A stretch of DNA of 63,719 bases, the filler included, from Octopus bimaculoides (taxonomy: Eukaryota), in the NCBI RefSeq assembly GCF_001194135.2. It is 9 parts of 8 records of this genome, joined end to end, with 100 filler letters (N's around TTAATTAATTAA, not from the genome) between each part and the next. Parts side by side here need not be neighbours in the genome. Positions count along the whole stretch, not along the records: positions 1 to 7,594 come from NW_026315910.1; positions 7,695 to 14,423 come from NC_068983.1; 7 more parts are not named here. One strand, given 5' to 3'. The translations under genes were made by a program, and so were the position numbers. The notes under the pieces are model-generated. The model saw only the letters and a list, made by a program, of their open reading frames with translations, had not been told where the DNA came from and did no database searches. Positions 1 to 11,062 of this stretch are shown here, piece by piece; positions within the stretch are counted from its first letter, which is position 1; each line of letters starts with the position of its first letter.

Positions 1-303
1 AAGACAGCGGTGGTGGTGGTGGTGGGCTAGCCGTCTCCACGACGGCCATAGCTGCCACCGCCACCGCCACCACCACCACGGCCAGTACGGCCAAGCGGAT
101 GAGCCTGGGTAGTACCAGTGGCGTCGAGGAGGACGACGATGGTGGGGAAGAAGGCGGTGCCGTCGAAAACACGTTGATGTCGGAGTCGAAGAGCTTCCTG
201 GCGGAGATTGCAAATAATCCGGATACCAGCGAAGATTTGGAAAATGATTCTGAGGTAGCGAGTCACTTTGAAACTGGAGAATCGCTAGCCCACAATGGAC
301 AGG
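1..303 (+). CDS. Coding exon (5' end outside window) of an unidentified low-complexity/acidic protein
   Basis: Frame open from position 3 (DSGGGGGGLAVSTTAIAATAT...SKSFLAEIANNPDTSEDLENDSEVASHFETGESLAHNGQ), GC-rich, ends at a strong donor G|GTAAGT (304), phase 1. Confidence 0.75.
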
Positions 304-528
304 GTAAGTGAATGTCTTTCTTGCTTAATTCATTTGTTTATTTTTCTTTGTCTATCATCACATCAATATGGCTTACTTACATTATTAACATTAATTACAT
401 TTGGCGGATATTTGTTCTCATCTTGTTTGTTGTTAACACAACATTTCGGCTGATATGCCCTCCAGCCTTCTTCAGGTGTCTCGGGGGAAATTTCGAACCT
501 GGGTTCTCATTCCTAAGGTATTTTTTGA

Positions 529-584
<56 letters not shown>

Positions 585-656
585 TCACTGCCTGGAATCG
601 AACTTGGAATTTTGGGGTTAGTAGCCCTGGCTCTTAACCACTACGCCATATGCCCT
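585..656 (-). mobile_element. tRNA-derived SINE head
   Basis: Minus strand TGGCGTAGTGGTTAAGAG (A box) and AGTTCGATTCC (B box); no intact cloverleaf. Confidence 0.6.
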
Positions 657-725
657 GTATCAATATGGCTGTTCGATGTTACTGCCATTTTAACCCTAGG
701 CAGGTCTAGACCTTGTATATATTGT

Positions 726-892
726 AAAAAGCACCCACTACACTCTCGGAGTGGTTGGCATTAGGAAGGGCATCCAGCTGTAGAAACTCTGCCAGATCGG
801 ATTGGGGCCTGGTGCAGCCTTCCGGCTTGCCAGTCCTCAGTCAAATCGTCCAACCCATGCTAGCATGGAAAGTGGACGTTAAATGATGATGA
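726..892 (+). mobile_element. SINE 3' half ending in (GAT)n tail
   Basis: AGGAAGGGCATCCAGCTGTAGAAAC...AACCCATGCTAGCATGGAAA...GTTAAA(T/C)GATGATG, recurring at 7330-7490, 17720-17875 and 63420-63590. Confidence 0.8.
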
Positions 893-993
893 TTAATAAT
901 TTAAGTCAATCACCACTACCACTACCACTACTACTATTACTACTATTTCTACTCTACTACACTCTTGTCTTCTTTATTTGTTTTTGTCCCCAG

Positions 994-1058
994 AACCTGT
1001 GACGCCGGCCCCGAAGATAGCGAAGCCTCCATCCCTGGAGTTTGACCGGAAACGAACG
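994..1058 (+). CDS. Next coding exon of the same gene (3' end lost in N-gap)
   Basis: Polypyrimidine tract TCTTTATTTGTTTTTGTCCCCAG| acceptor; phase 1 matches the donor at 303 and gives EPVTPAPKIAKPPSLEFDRKRT. Confidence 0.72.
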
Positions 1059-1568
1059 NNNNNNNNNNNNNNNNNNNNNNNNNNNNNNNNNNNNNNNNNN
1101 NNNNNNNNNNNNNNNNNNNNNNNNNNNNNNNNNNNNNNNNNNNNNNNNNNNNNNNNNNNNNNNNNNNNNNNNNNNNNNNNNNNNNNNNNNNNNNNNNNNN
1201 NNNNNNNNNNNNNNNNNNNNNNNNNNNNNNNNNNNNNNNNNNNNNNNNNNNNNNNNNNNNNNNNNNNNNNNNNNNNNNNNNNNNNNNNNNNNNNNNNNNN
1301 NNNNNNNNNNNNNNNNNNNNNNNNNNNNNNNNNNNNNNNNNNNNNNNNNNNNNNNNNNNNNNNNNNNNNNNNNNNNNNNNNNNNNNNNNNNNNNTTACAC
1401 AACCCTGTCTTTTTGGCTACGGGGAATATAAATCTACAAAAATACTGGCATTTTTAAATTACCCATCCCCTACCCTCATTTCCTTCATTTTTTTTACATT
1501 TTTCTAATTACGGAGATGTACTTGCATAGCAAGTGACCTGATCTGAGATCGTGTGCTGGAACGAAAAC

Positions 1569-1635
1569 AATTGCAGCGTGGAAGGTGTTTATAAGCCATT
1601 TAAGATGGCTTATAAACACCTTCCACGCTGCAATT
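1569..1635. repeat. Perfect 31-bp inverted repeat with 5-nt spacer
   Basis: AATTGCAGCGTGGAAGGTGTTTATAAGCCAT (1569-1599), TTAAG, exact reverse complement (1605-1635). Confidence 0.95.
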
Positions 1636-1817
1636 ACTTTTTTTCTAAATACGCTGAAAAATATGGGAGATTATGATTCGGACAAAAATTTCAAAACATT
1701 TCTGTAGTTATGGTTAGGGTTTTAGGGTTAGTGTTGGGGAAAAAAGTCAAAATTGAAGAATTTGGTGGCAGGGGGAAAAAATTTAACAATGCCAATTTTT
1801 GGTAATTGATAGATTGA

Positions 1818-1962
1818 TTAGAAAGCAGTTTTTTTGTTTTCTTGGTGATCTCTGACAACTATATCTGGCCCATTAGCCTTGATTTCTCTATTTGTGTGTA
1901 TTGGCATATCCCAGAGTATACTTGATTCCTCATTTTTTGTGACCTTTTTTAGAGTGTGCCTA
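1818..1962 (-). mobile_element. R4/Dong-type non-LTR retrotransposon fragment (RLE domain)
   Basis: WYRH...SILWDMPIHTNREIKANGPDIVVRDH matches the ILWD-x-IxTD...RPDI signature of restriction-like endonuclease LINEs; abuts a (TTA)n tract. Confidence 0.75.
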
Positions 1963-2044
1963 TACCATCTTTTTATTATTATCATTATTATGATTATTAT
2001 TATGATTATTATTATTATTATTTTTATTTTTGCTTGTTTTTCAG

Positions 2045-2422
2045 GACAAAAGAAAATCAAGGAACATGGAGACGATTACTGAAGCAGCACTTTTGGAAAA
2101 GACTCTTTTGGCAGAGAAATTGAACCGAGAGAAAGCAGCAGCATTAGCAGCGACGGCGGCGGCCGCTGCAGCAGAGAAGAAGGTCAGCCACGGGGACGAA
2201 CGTCCAGCCACACTACCGAGGGAGTGCCTCGTCGTTGTCGTGGGGGGGAGCAGCGGCGGTGGCGCTGGTCGGCCCCGCTCCTCGTCTGCTTCTTCTTCCA
2301 CGGCGCAGACGACGGCAGCGATGACGGCGACGGCCGTCGACGGTGGCGTTGGCGGCGTCGGCGTCGACGACGGCGGGAGCAGGGACGGCGATGGCGGCGA
2401 GGGGGGCGACGACGACGAGGAC
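2045..2422 (+). CDS. Coding exon, Ala/Gly/Ser/Asp-rich, runs into N-gap
   Basis: Acceptor TGCTTGTTTTTCAG| at 2044, phase 0, open GC-rich frame DKRKSRNMETITEAALLEKTLLAEKLNREKAAALAA...DDDED. Confidence 0.7.
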
Positions 2423-3112
2423 NNNNNNNNNNNNNNNNNNNNNNNNNNNNNNNNNNNNNNNNNNNNNNNNNNNNNNNNNNNNNNNNNNNNNNNNNNNNNN
2501 NNNNNNNNNNNNNNNNNNNNNNNNNNNNNNNNNNNNNNNNNNNNNNNNNNNNNNNNNNNNNNNNNNNNNNNNNNNNNNNNNNNNNNNNNNNNNNNNNNNN
2601 NNNNNNNNNNNNNNNNNNNNNNNNNNNNNNNNNNNNNNNNNNNNNNNNNNNNNNNNNNNNNNNNNNNNNNNNNNNNNNNNNNNNNNNNNNNNNNNNNNNN
2701 NNNNNNNNNNNNNNNNNNNNNNNNNNNNNNNNNNNNNNNNNNNNNNNNNNNNNNNNNNNNNNNNNNNNNNNNNNNNNNNNNNNNNNNNNNNNNNNNNNNN
2801 NNNNNNNNNNNNNNNNNNNNNNNNNNNNNNNNNNNNNNNNNNNNNNNNNNNNNNNNNNNNNNNNNNNNNNNNNNNNNNNNNNNNNNNNNNNNNNNNNNNN
2901 NNNNNNNNNNNNNNNNNNNNNNNNNNNNNNNNNNNNNNNNNNNNNNNNNNNNNNNNNNNNNNNNNNNNNNNNNNNNNNNNNNNNNNNNNNNNNNNNNNNN
3001 NNNNNNNNNNNNNNNNNNNNNNNNNNNNNNNNNNNNNNNNNNNNNNNNNNNNNNNNNNNNNNNNNNNNNNNNNNNNNNNNNNNNNNNNNNNNNNNNNNNN
3101 NNNNNNNNNNNN

Positions 3113-3293
3113 AGACGCAGGTCGTCGTCGTCGTCGAGCTCCCGGCGGAGAAGCGACGGGGCGAAGCTGAAAATGCGAGAAAAGTGCCGGTCGGAACCTT
3201 ACGGAGAGGGCCTCACGCCGACCATTGTCACCGTTCGTCGAGGCAGTGGAAGCAGCGTGGAATCGTTGCAGATGGAACTCCAAGCCTTCTCAG
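3113..3293 (+). CDS. 3' part of a coding exon (possibly continuous with 2045-2422 across the gap)
   Basis: Open frame RRRSSSSSSSRRRSDGAKLKMREKCRSEPYGEGLTPTIVTVRRGSGSSVESLQMELQAFS ending at donor CAG|GTAAAA (3294), phase 1. Confidence 0.68.
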
Positions 3294-3375
3294 GTAAAAG
3301 AAACCTTTCCCATTATTTCTTCCATTCTTTTTCTGTCTCTTTAAAACCGTTTTTTAAATCTTGCGGTTCTCAACC

Positions 3376-3710
3376 GGGATCCCTATGATGCTTGAAAGTC
3401 CTTATGACCCTTGGGAGTCCCTATGACTCTTTGAGGGTCTTTATGTCTCTTTGGGAGTCCCTATGACACTTGAGAGTCCCTATGAACCTTGCGGGTCTCT
3501 ATGACTCTTTGGGAGTCCCTATGACCTTTAGAGGTCCTTATGACACTTGGGAGTCCCTATGAACCTTGTGGATCTCTATGACTCTTTGGGAGTCCCTATG
3601 CCTCTTTGGGTGTCCCTATGACCTTTAGGGGGTCCCTATGACTTTGGGAGAACCTATGACCTTTGTAGGGTACCTATGACTCTTTGGGGGTCCTTATGAC
3701 TCTTTTGGAT
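3376..3710. repeat. 19-20 bp minisatellite, consensus CCTATGACTCTTTGGGAGTC, about 17 units
   Basis: Directly visible tandem units; each holds a GACTC-N5-GAGTC inverted repeat. Confidence 0.9.
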
Positions 3711-3990
3711 TGAACTTGGAACCATGTGGCTGGGAGGCAAGCTTCTTACCACGCAGCCGTGCCTGCACCTATATATATGTGTTTGTGTTTGTCCGGTATC
3801 ACTGCTTGACAACCAGTGTTGGTTTGTTGACATCCACATAACATTAGCAGTTCGGCAAAAGCGACAAATAAGATATCAGGCTTAAAAAAATTAAAAAAAA
3901 ACAAGCAAGTACTGGAAACGATTTATTTGATTAAAAATTCCTCAAGGTGGTGCCCCAGCATGGCCACATTCCAATGACTGAAACATAAAG
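3706..3990. mobile_element. SINE fragments nested in the hAT MITE
   Basis: Minus-strand tRNA-like head (GGAACCATGTGG...CTTACCAC) followed by plus-strand body/tail ...GGTGCCCCAGCATGGCCAC...TGACTGAAAC shared with 58960-59160. Confidence 0.7.
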
Positions 3991-4490
3991 GCTACAGTGA
4001 ATAATTACGAGGGTCCAATAGGGTAAAATAAGGGTCAATAGGCAAAAATGGTTTGAGAACCACTTCTTTAATCCTTTCTAATCCTTCATAATCCTTTGTT
4101 CATTTACTCTCTTTTACTTATAAATCCATTTGATCTTTTTATAATCCTTTGTAATCCTGTGATGCCATAATCCTTTGATGAAAATAATTATCTTGAAATT
4201 TCTTTTAATATTTTTTCTCTAGAATGTTCCGTAACCGTTTTTATAACAGTGTCTTTTAATCTACCTCTTTTCTTTTATAAATCTCTCTCTCTGTTGATCT
4301 CTTTCTCTCTCTCTCTCTCTCTCTTTCATATGGTAAGCACTTCAACATACCCCTACCCCCTACATTGCATATACCATGTCTCTATATCTATAGAGCTTTC
4401 TCACTATTTTACTAAATACATATATACACACCATCATCATTTAACGTCAGCTAAATGATGATATATATATATATATATATATATACAAAA

Positions 4491-4596
4491 TTAAGAGGAA
4501 TGACCACCAAGGTAGACTCCTAATATGCTAAATATAGACATCAAATGGCCATTGCCACGAATATTAGGTGTCCACCTTGGTGGTCATTCCTCTTAA
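4491..4596. mobile_element. Foldback MITE next to a (TA)n tract
   Basis: 36-bp arms TTAAGAGGAATGACCACCAAGGTAGACTCCTAATAT (4491-4526) and 4561-4596 with 2 mismatches; 34-nt spacer. Confidence 0.8.
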
Positions 4597-4794
4597 ATTT
4601 CGTATGTAATATAATTTTTAATCTTCGGATTTTTTAAATATGCTAAGCCACTGGTTTTGATTGATTNNNNNNNNNNTATATATGTATATATATGTATGTG
4701 TATAGTTCAAATTTACAGAAAACAAAAGACAAAGACAGGTGTCTGAACAACAAGCAAGTGTATTAGTTTTGACACTTGGGGAAAAATGAAAAAG

Positions 4795-4833
4795 TCTTTT
4801 ACATTTCGAGCCTATGCTCTTTGACAGAAAAGA
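4795..4833 (-). ncRNA. Degenerate minimal type I hammerhead-like motif
   Basis: TCTTTT-CTGTCAA-A-GAGC-ATAG-GCTC-GAAAT-GTA-AAAGA: stems I and II are kept but the core is mutated; same family as 25649-25685. Confidence 0.4.
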
Positions 4834-5214
4834 TTAAAAGGAAAAAAAAAATGGAGAGAGAATGAATTGTGATGATCTAAAGAGAAAGAGAGAGAGAGAG
4901 AGAGTGGTTAATATTTGCCCTGTTTATAATTATACCATATGTTACATATATGGAGGAAAGAATTCACGAGAGAAATAATTCATGAAAAAATAATATGCGA
5001 AGATACCATTGATTCTGTTATTATCTAGTGTAACAATTTTAAAATGGTAATAAGAGAATCAATAATATAGGCGGCTGCAGGCCTCACCAAAAAGCATTAA
5101 ATAGCTGAAGGATTAAGATTAATCCAAGGACATAGTAAGTATGTCTCCCTGCTGGAAATAACAGTCAAAACTCTTATTTAAATTGCCAAAATACACTGGT
5201 AATATTTACAGAAA

Positions 5215-5880
5215 TCAACCGTCCGGAGGTAAATTTTTTTTATCATTCCTAGAGATCCTACAATCACTGGTACGGTAGTCGCCTTGAGGTGCCACATTTT
5301 TTCAATTTCTATTAGCAAGTCTTTATATTTACTGATCTTGTCAAATTCTTTCGCCACCATATTGTGATCGCAAGGAATACTCACGTCAATTAATAAACAC
5401 GTCTTCTTTGTCTGATCTTTTATAATAATATCTGGTTTATTAGCTTTTATAATTTTGTCGGTATGTACGGGGTAGTCCCAGAGAATCGACACATTTTCTC
5501 CCAGTCACAGCTTCAGGATGGTGTTTATACCATTTGTCAGCAGTTTTGATTTTATAATGCCGACATATTGTCCAGTGTAAATACTGGCCGACTCTGCCAT
5601 GTCTTGCTTTATATTCTACAGGTGNNNNNNNNNNTCCAGTGTAAATACTGGCCGACTCTGCCATGTCTTGCTTTATATTCTACAGGTGCTTAGACTCTAC
5701 ACCCTGAGATTAGGTGGTCTATAGTTTCAATCTCATCGTTACAGAATCGGCATTTTGCGTCAGCTTTTTAATCCATCGTATTTTTTGTATAAACTTTATG
5801 GATCTTTATGGATTTCCACATGTATGATAGCATTTGGTAGCTGGTACCATTAGAAGAGCTTTGGAAAACACACTGAAAGG
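5215..5880 (-). mobile_element. R4/Dong-type LINE 3' fragment (CCHC knuckle + RLE)
   Basis: CRFCNDEIETIDHLISGC; RHGRVGQYLHWTICRHY; ILWDYPVHTDKIIKANKPDIIIKD...LLIDVSIP...KISKYKDL...VPVIVGSLG. Confidence 0.9.
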
Positions 5881-6131
5881 TTTTTCGCTCAGATTGCATC
5901 TGTATATGTGTGTGTATATAACTTAAAAAGAAATAATTTGTCCAATTTAATTACAATGTTCATCAATTGACAGTTACGTGTATATATATATATATGTGTT
6001 TGTGTATGTATATATATATATCTGTATGTGTGTGCATATATATACGTATGTATGTATATGAAATGTGTGTGTGTGTGTGTATATATGTACACATGTATAT
6101 GTGTGTGTGTATATATGTATATATGTATATA

Positions 6132-6166
<35 letters not shown>

Positions 6167-6242
6167 GTAAGTATATATATATTTCATGATAAAATGAAAA
6201 ATGATGCATAAATATATATTTCAGTGTGCGTGTGTGTGTATA

Positions 6243-6287
<45 letters not shown>

Positions 6288-6551
6288 NNNNNNNNNNNNN
6301 NNNNNNNNNNNNNNNNNNNNNNNNNNNNNNNNNNNNNNNNNNNNNNNNNNNNNNNNNNNNNNNNNNNNNNNNNNNNNNNNNNNNNNNNNNNNNNNNNNNN
6401 NNNNNNNNNNNNNNNNNNNNNNNNNNNNNNNNNNNNNNNNNNNNNNNNNNNNNNNNNNNNNNNNNNNNNNNNNNNNNNNNNNNNNNNNNNNNNNNNNNNN
6501 NNNNNNNNNNNNNNNNNNNNNNNNNNNNNNNNNNNNNNNNNNNNNNNNNNN

Positions 6552-6593
<42 letters not shown>

Positions 6594-7293
6594 TATATGT
6601 ATGTATATGTTTGTATGTGTGTATACATATATATGTATATATGTATATATACCAATAAGAAAATGGAGGGGATTAATAGGTGGTATTCATCAACTTGCAG
6701 ACATTGTATTGTGTCAATTTACTTGTTTATTTGTTCTAATTGAACCCAACCTTTCTCACACACACACACACAGACACACACACGTACCTGTGGTTATGAG
6801 TATGTATTACTGCATGTCTACACTGTCTTTCATATCGTTTACCAAATAACGATGTACTCAGAAACTCTATTGGTTTGCATTCCCCTTCCTTTGTTTCGAT
6901 TCAACCACGATTTCTTTCATCTCTTATCGACTTCGTTTGCAATTCAATTCCTTCGCCACCCTTACTAACAAAGGGGAACAACCCTTTCGGATTACATAAG
7001 AGTTGCGCTCCTTACTACATCTACCACCGAACATGTTAATAACCAGACCCCTGTATGTTTTCTGAAATTCCCTAACTTACATTGGTCAAGTGGATTTGCT
7101 TGGTGAATGTCCATAAGTTCCTCTCTTTTGTGGTGGTCGCTTGTTTTGTTATTCTATTATTCACTTTATGGCCATTCTGGAGCGCCGCTCTTAACGTGCC
7201 CTTGTTAATTTTTCCGTTAGTCGAATTGGTGAGCTGGCGGATTATCATTATTATTATTATTATTATTATTATGTGAAAAGGAATGGCCTTGTG

Positions 7294-7340
<47 letters not shown>

Positions 7341-7899
7341 ACTCTCAGATTTGGAGTGTTGGAAAGGGCATCCAGCTGTAGAAACTCTGCCAGATCAGAT
7401 TGGAGCCTGGTGCAGCCTCCTGGCTCGCCAGTCCCCAGTCAAACCATCCAACCCATGCCAGCATCGAAAGCAGGCATTAAACGATGATAATAATGAATTA
7501 TTATTCTTATTATTATTAAGAATTATTATTATTCTTTCTATAAACAAAATACTTGGGCATATTTCATTTAGTTTTTCACATTCAGAGTTCAAATNNNNNN
7601 NNNNNNNNNNNNNNNNNNNNNNNNNNNNNNNNNNNNNNTTAATTAATTAANNNNNNNNNNNNNNNNNNNNNNNNNNNNNNNNNNNNNNNNNNNNAAATTA
7701 CTAATGTGTGTGTTTGTGTGCATGTGTATGTGTGTGTGATGGGTGTATATATGTATAGATATTTGTATGCATGCATATATGTATATATGTGTACATATTA
7801 CATGTACATCTATATATATATATATATATACATCTACACATATGTATACATATACACATATGTATAGATCTATATATATATACATATACGTGTACATCA

Positions 7900-8100
7900 T
7901 ATTTGGCTCAAATATTCTATCTGCTTTATGTTCAAACTGACTAGGTCTGGCCTCTCACACTAACCCTGCAATGTCATTGTAGGAATAATCAATCACGTCA
8001 TCAAACGCTTGAAGTTACAAGATAACGTGGGATTAATTCAAAGCAATGTGAATAAATAAGCTTTACATTTGACAGAGTAATCCGAATGTTAAAGGGTTAA
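7900..8100 (-). mobile_element. piggyBac-like MITE remnant (one end)
   Basis: Terminus ...GAATGTTAAAGGG|TTAA (8097-8100): CCC-type TIR against a TTAA target; other end not found. Confidence 0.5.
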
Positions 8101-8512
8101 CGACGTGTGAACATCCAAAGCAAGAATACAGGCAGTTCAGTGTGGAAGTAAGCAGAAGAAGTAAAATCGGCCAATCAGTATTGTAGGTACTGTCAAAGAA
8201 AGATTAATGTCCAAACTGGGAGTGTCAAGCTAGACGAGAAGTGGGAGACAAAGTATAATTGATTGGAACAAATAATAATAATACAAGAAAAGGCGAATGT
8301 TATATTTTAACTTCAACTGTTTTTAAAACTGCCGGTTCTACACAGAATCAGAGAGTAGCAGCGAGAATTCCTTATCACAGAGACGAACACCAAATTCGAA
8401 ACTATCTGTGTCAATATTTTTGAAGCCACAGACTCTAATCATAAAGAGAGAATGTACTGAATTATATAGTTTACCATGCTCATGAGAATCGGACACTTCC
8501 AATATGTATATG

Positions 8513-8548
<36 letters not shown>

Positions 8549-9359
8549 NNNNNNNNNNNNNNNNNNNNNNNNNNNNNNNNNNNNNNNNNNNNNNNNNNNN
8601 NNNNNNNNNNNNNNNNNNNNNNNNNNNNNNNNNNNNNNNNNNNNNNNNNNNNNNNNNNNNNNNNNNNNNNNNNNNNNNNNNNNNNNNNNNNNNNNNNNNN
8701 NNNNNNNNNNNNNNNNNNNNNNNNNNNNNNNNNNNNNNNNNNNNNNNNNNNNNNNNNNNNNNNNNNNNNNNNNNNNNNNNNNNNNNNNNNNNNNNNNNNN
8801 NNNNNNNNNNNNNNNNNNNNNNNNNNNNNNNNNNNNNNNNNNNNNNNNNNNNNNNNNNNNNNNNNNNNNNNNNNNNNNNNNNNNNNNNNNNNNNNNNNNN
8901 NNNNNNNNNNNNNNNNNNNNNNNNNNNNNNNNNNNNNNNNNNNNNNNNNNNNNNNNNNNNNNNNNNNNNNNNNNNNNNNNNNNNNNNNNNNNNNNNNNNN
9001 NNNNNNNNNNNNNNNNNNNNNNNNNNNNNNNNNNNNNNNNNNNNNNNNNNNNNNNNNNNNNNNNNNNNNNNNNNNNNNNNNNNNNNNNNNNNNNNNNNNN
9101 NNNNNNNNNNNNNNNNNNNNNNNNNNNNNNNNNNNNNNNNNNNNNNNNNNNNNNNNNNNNNNNNNNNNNNNNNNNNNNNNNNNNNNNNNNNNNNNNNNNN
9201 NNNNNNNNNNNNNNNNNNNNNNNNNNNNNNNNNNNNNNNNNNNNNNNNNNNNNNNNNNNNNNNNNNNNNNNNNNNNNNNNNNNNNNNNTAATTGTTTTGA
9301 GAAAGAAGATTGATTAGAAATTCTCTCACAATGTAGAGGTTCGGACTGAGAAGTGTTGA

Positions 9360-10000
9360 AGAGTAACGACTAGATATCGACATTATATTAATCGCCAGAA
9401 AACTCTAATTCACTTTAACAACACAAATTGGACAAAGATTAATACACATGATCATTTTGATATAACAATGGCTTCATCAGACTCTGCACAAATTATAGAT
9501 CTTGTGGGCCTATTTTTATTATCACAAATTAAATCAAACTTCCCCGAAATTTCAGGCAAATTATACAGGGATGACGCTCTTCTCACTACTACCTAATTAT
9601 CCAAACTAGCAGTCGAACGCACTAAGAAAAGGATACTAAAATTTCTCAAAAATTACTATAACTTACATATTTTATTTGAAACCGATACCAAAGTAGCCAG
9701 CTTTCTCGATGTTATGCTGAATCTAAATACCAACTTATACCAACCATATCATAAGCTGAATCAAACACTACAGTACATCAATGTTCTCTTCAATCACTCT
9801 ACAAGTACCATAAAAAGTATTGTAACCGGAATTTCAATAAGGATCTCGAATTTTTCTGCTAACAAGACAATATTTAACAACCACACTCCACATTACAACC
9901 AAGCATTACAGTTAAGTGGTTTCCAGGAAAGAATATATTATATACATATTACAATTCTAAAATCAAAAATAGCAAACACATTTCCCTAAAAGAATGCCAA
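9360..10000 (+). mobile_element. Penelope-like element reverse transcriptase fragment (pseudogenised)
   Basis: HFDITMASSDSAQIIDLVGLFLL...GKLYRDDALL...ASFLDVMLNLNTNLYQPYHKLNQTLQYIN...YNQALQLSGF matches PLE RT motifs (MGSxDGAE, YRDD, FLDV); internal stop. Confidence 0.88.
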
Positions 10001-10189
10001 ACCTATGAAATCTGCCTCTACTGAAAATCAATTTAATAATCCGGAACCAAAATTACACAAAAGACCACACTGGCCATATCAAAAATCTACATTACATTCG
10101 TATGATACCCGAAATAAAAATATAACAATGCCCAACAATGTATCTGATTCGAGAAAACAGGAAAGCGTTAGAATGAATTTGATAAGATA

Positions 10190-11020
10190 AAATGCTTAAA
10201 TAGTCTTGACTATTAATTCTGGCATTAGGTCGATGAAGCCATTGGGCCGGCGGATTTCCAAGATATAGCCCCCAGATCATCACAGATCTTCCTTCATGTT
10301 TAACAGTTGGAAGAAGGCAGTCTGGGTCAAATGCTTCTTGTTGCTGTCTCCACACGTATACTCGACCGGTGGTCGGAAATAAGGTAAAAGATGACTCGTC
10401 CGAGACAATAACATTCTTCCGGTGCTCTAGGGACCTATTCTGTAGGTTTTTACTCCACTCTAAACGCTTTACAGCATTTTTTTAAAGTAGTGGTTTTCTG
10501 ATTGCAGCCCTCCCGTGAAATCCGGTTTAGTGTAGCTCCCGGCAAACAGTTTTTGTGGAAACTGAGTTTTCGAGGTTGTCATTAAGCTTTGCAGTAATTT
10601 TGGGTGCTGTACTTTTGTGATCTTTTCTAACAATTCGCGTAAGAGTCCGACGGTCCCTATCTGAAAGTTTTGGTTTTCTTCCAGAGTTTTCTTTTGACGA
10701 GGAGGTTTTTCTCTCTTTCTCAAAGGCTGTCATTACTTTCGAGACAGTACTTCTTGATACACCAAACATTTCGGCTGTTTTCCTTACGCTAGCGCCTGCC
10801 ATACGAGCACTAACAATTTGACCTCTTTGAAAGTCCGATAAATCTGTCATTTTAATGAATTTTAATTACCTTGTTCTGATGATATCAGCAATTTTAGCAA
10901 AACATATTAAACAACACTAATAGTAAATCAAAAAACATAAAAATTAACAAGCTTTTGACGGTTTTATAGATATTTCAAAATTATGATGCTAGGTATTTCC
11001 ATTATTTTGTCCAAACCCTG
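10190..11020 (-). mobile_element. Tc1 transposon, 5' portion with left TIR
   Basis: TA|CAGGGTTTGGACAAAATAATGGAAA TIR at 11020; MTDLSDFQRGQIVSARMAGASVRKTAEMFGVSRSTVSKV HTH; PTVKHEGRSVMIWG; frameshifted, 3' end absent. Confidence 0.9.
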
Positions 11021-11062
11021 TACATACATGCATACATACATACATACATACATACATACATA

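Larger units (their letters stand above)
3361..4065. mobile_element. hAT (Charlie-like) MITE containing a minisatellite and nested SINE pieces
   Basis: Left TIR TTGCGGTTCTCAACC (3361-3375), right TIR GGTTTGAGAACCACTT (about 4050-4065); 8-bp flanks TTTAAATC / CTTTAATC match 6/8 (degenerate TSD). Confidence 0.6.

Noticed and set aside
1711-1735. TTAGGG telomere-like motifs
   Set aside because: Only two imperfect units inside a repeat element.
3376-3710. CRISPR-like appearance
   Set aside because: Contiguous tandem units with no unique spacers; eukaryotic context.
5572-5688. About 50-bp direct repeat flanking a 10-N gap
   Set aside because: Unmerged contig overlap artefact.
7639-7650. TTAATTAATTAA palindromes (also at 14468, 19188, 25547, 38064, 59654, 61027, 62574)
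   Set aside because: Always centred in N-runs and encode stops in all six frames: assembly spacers, not biology.
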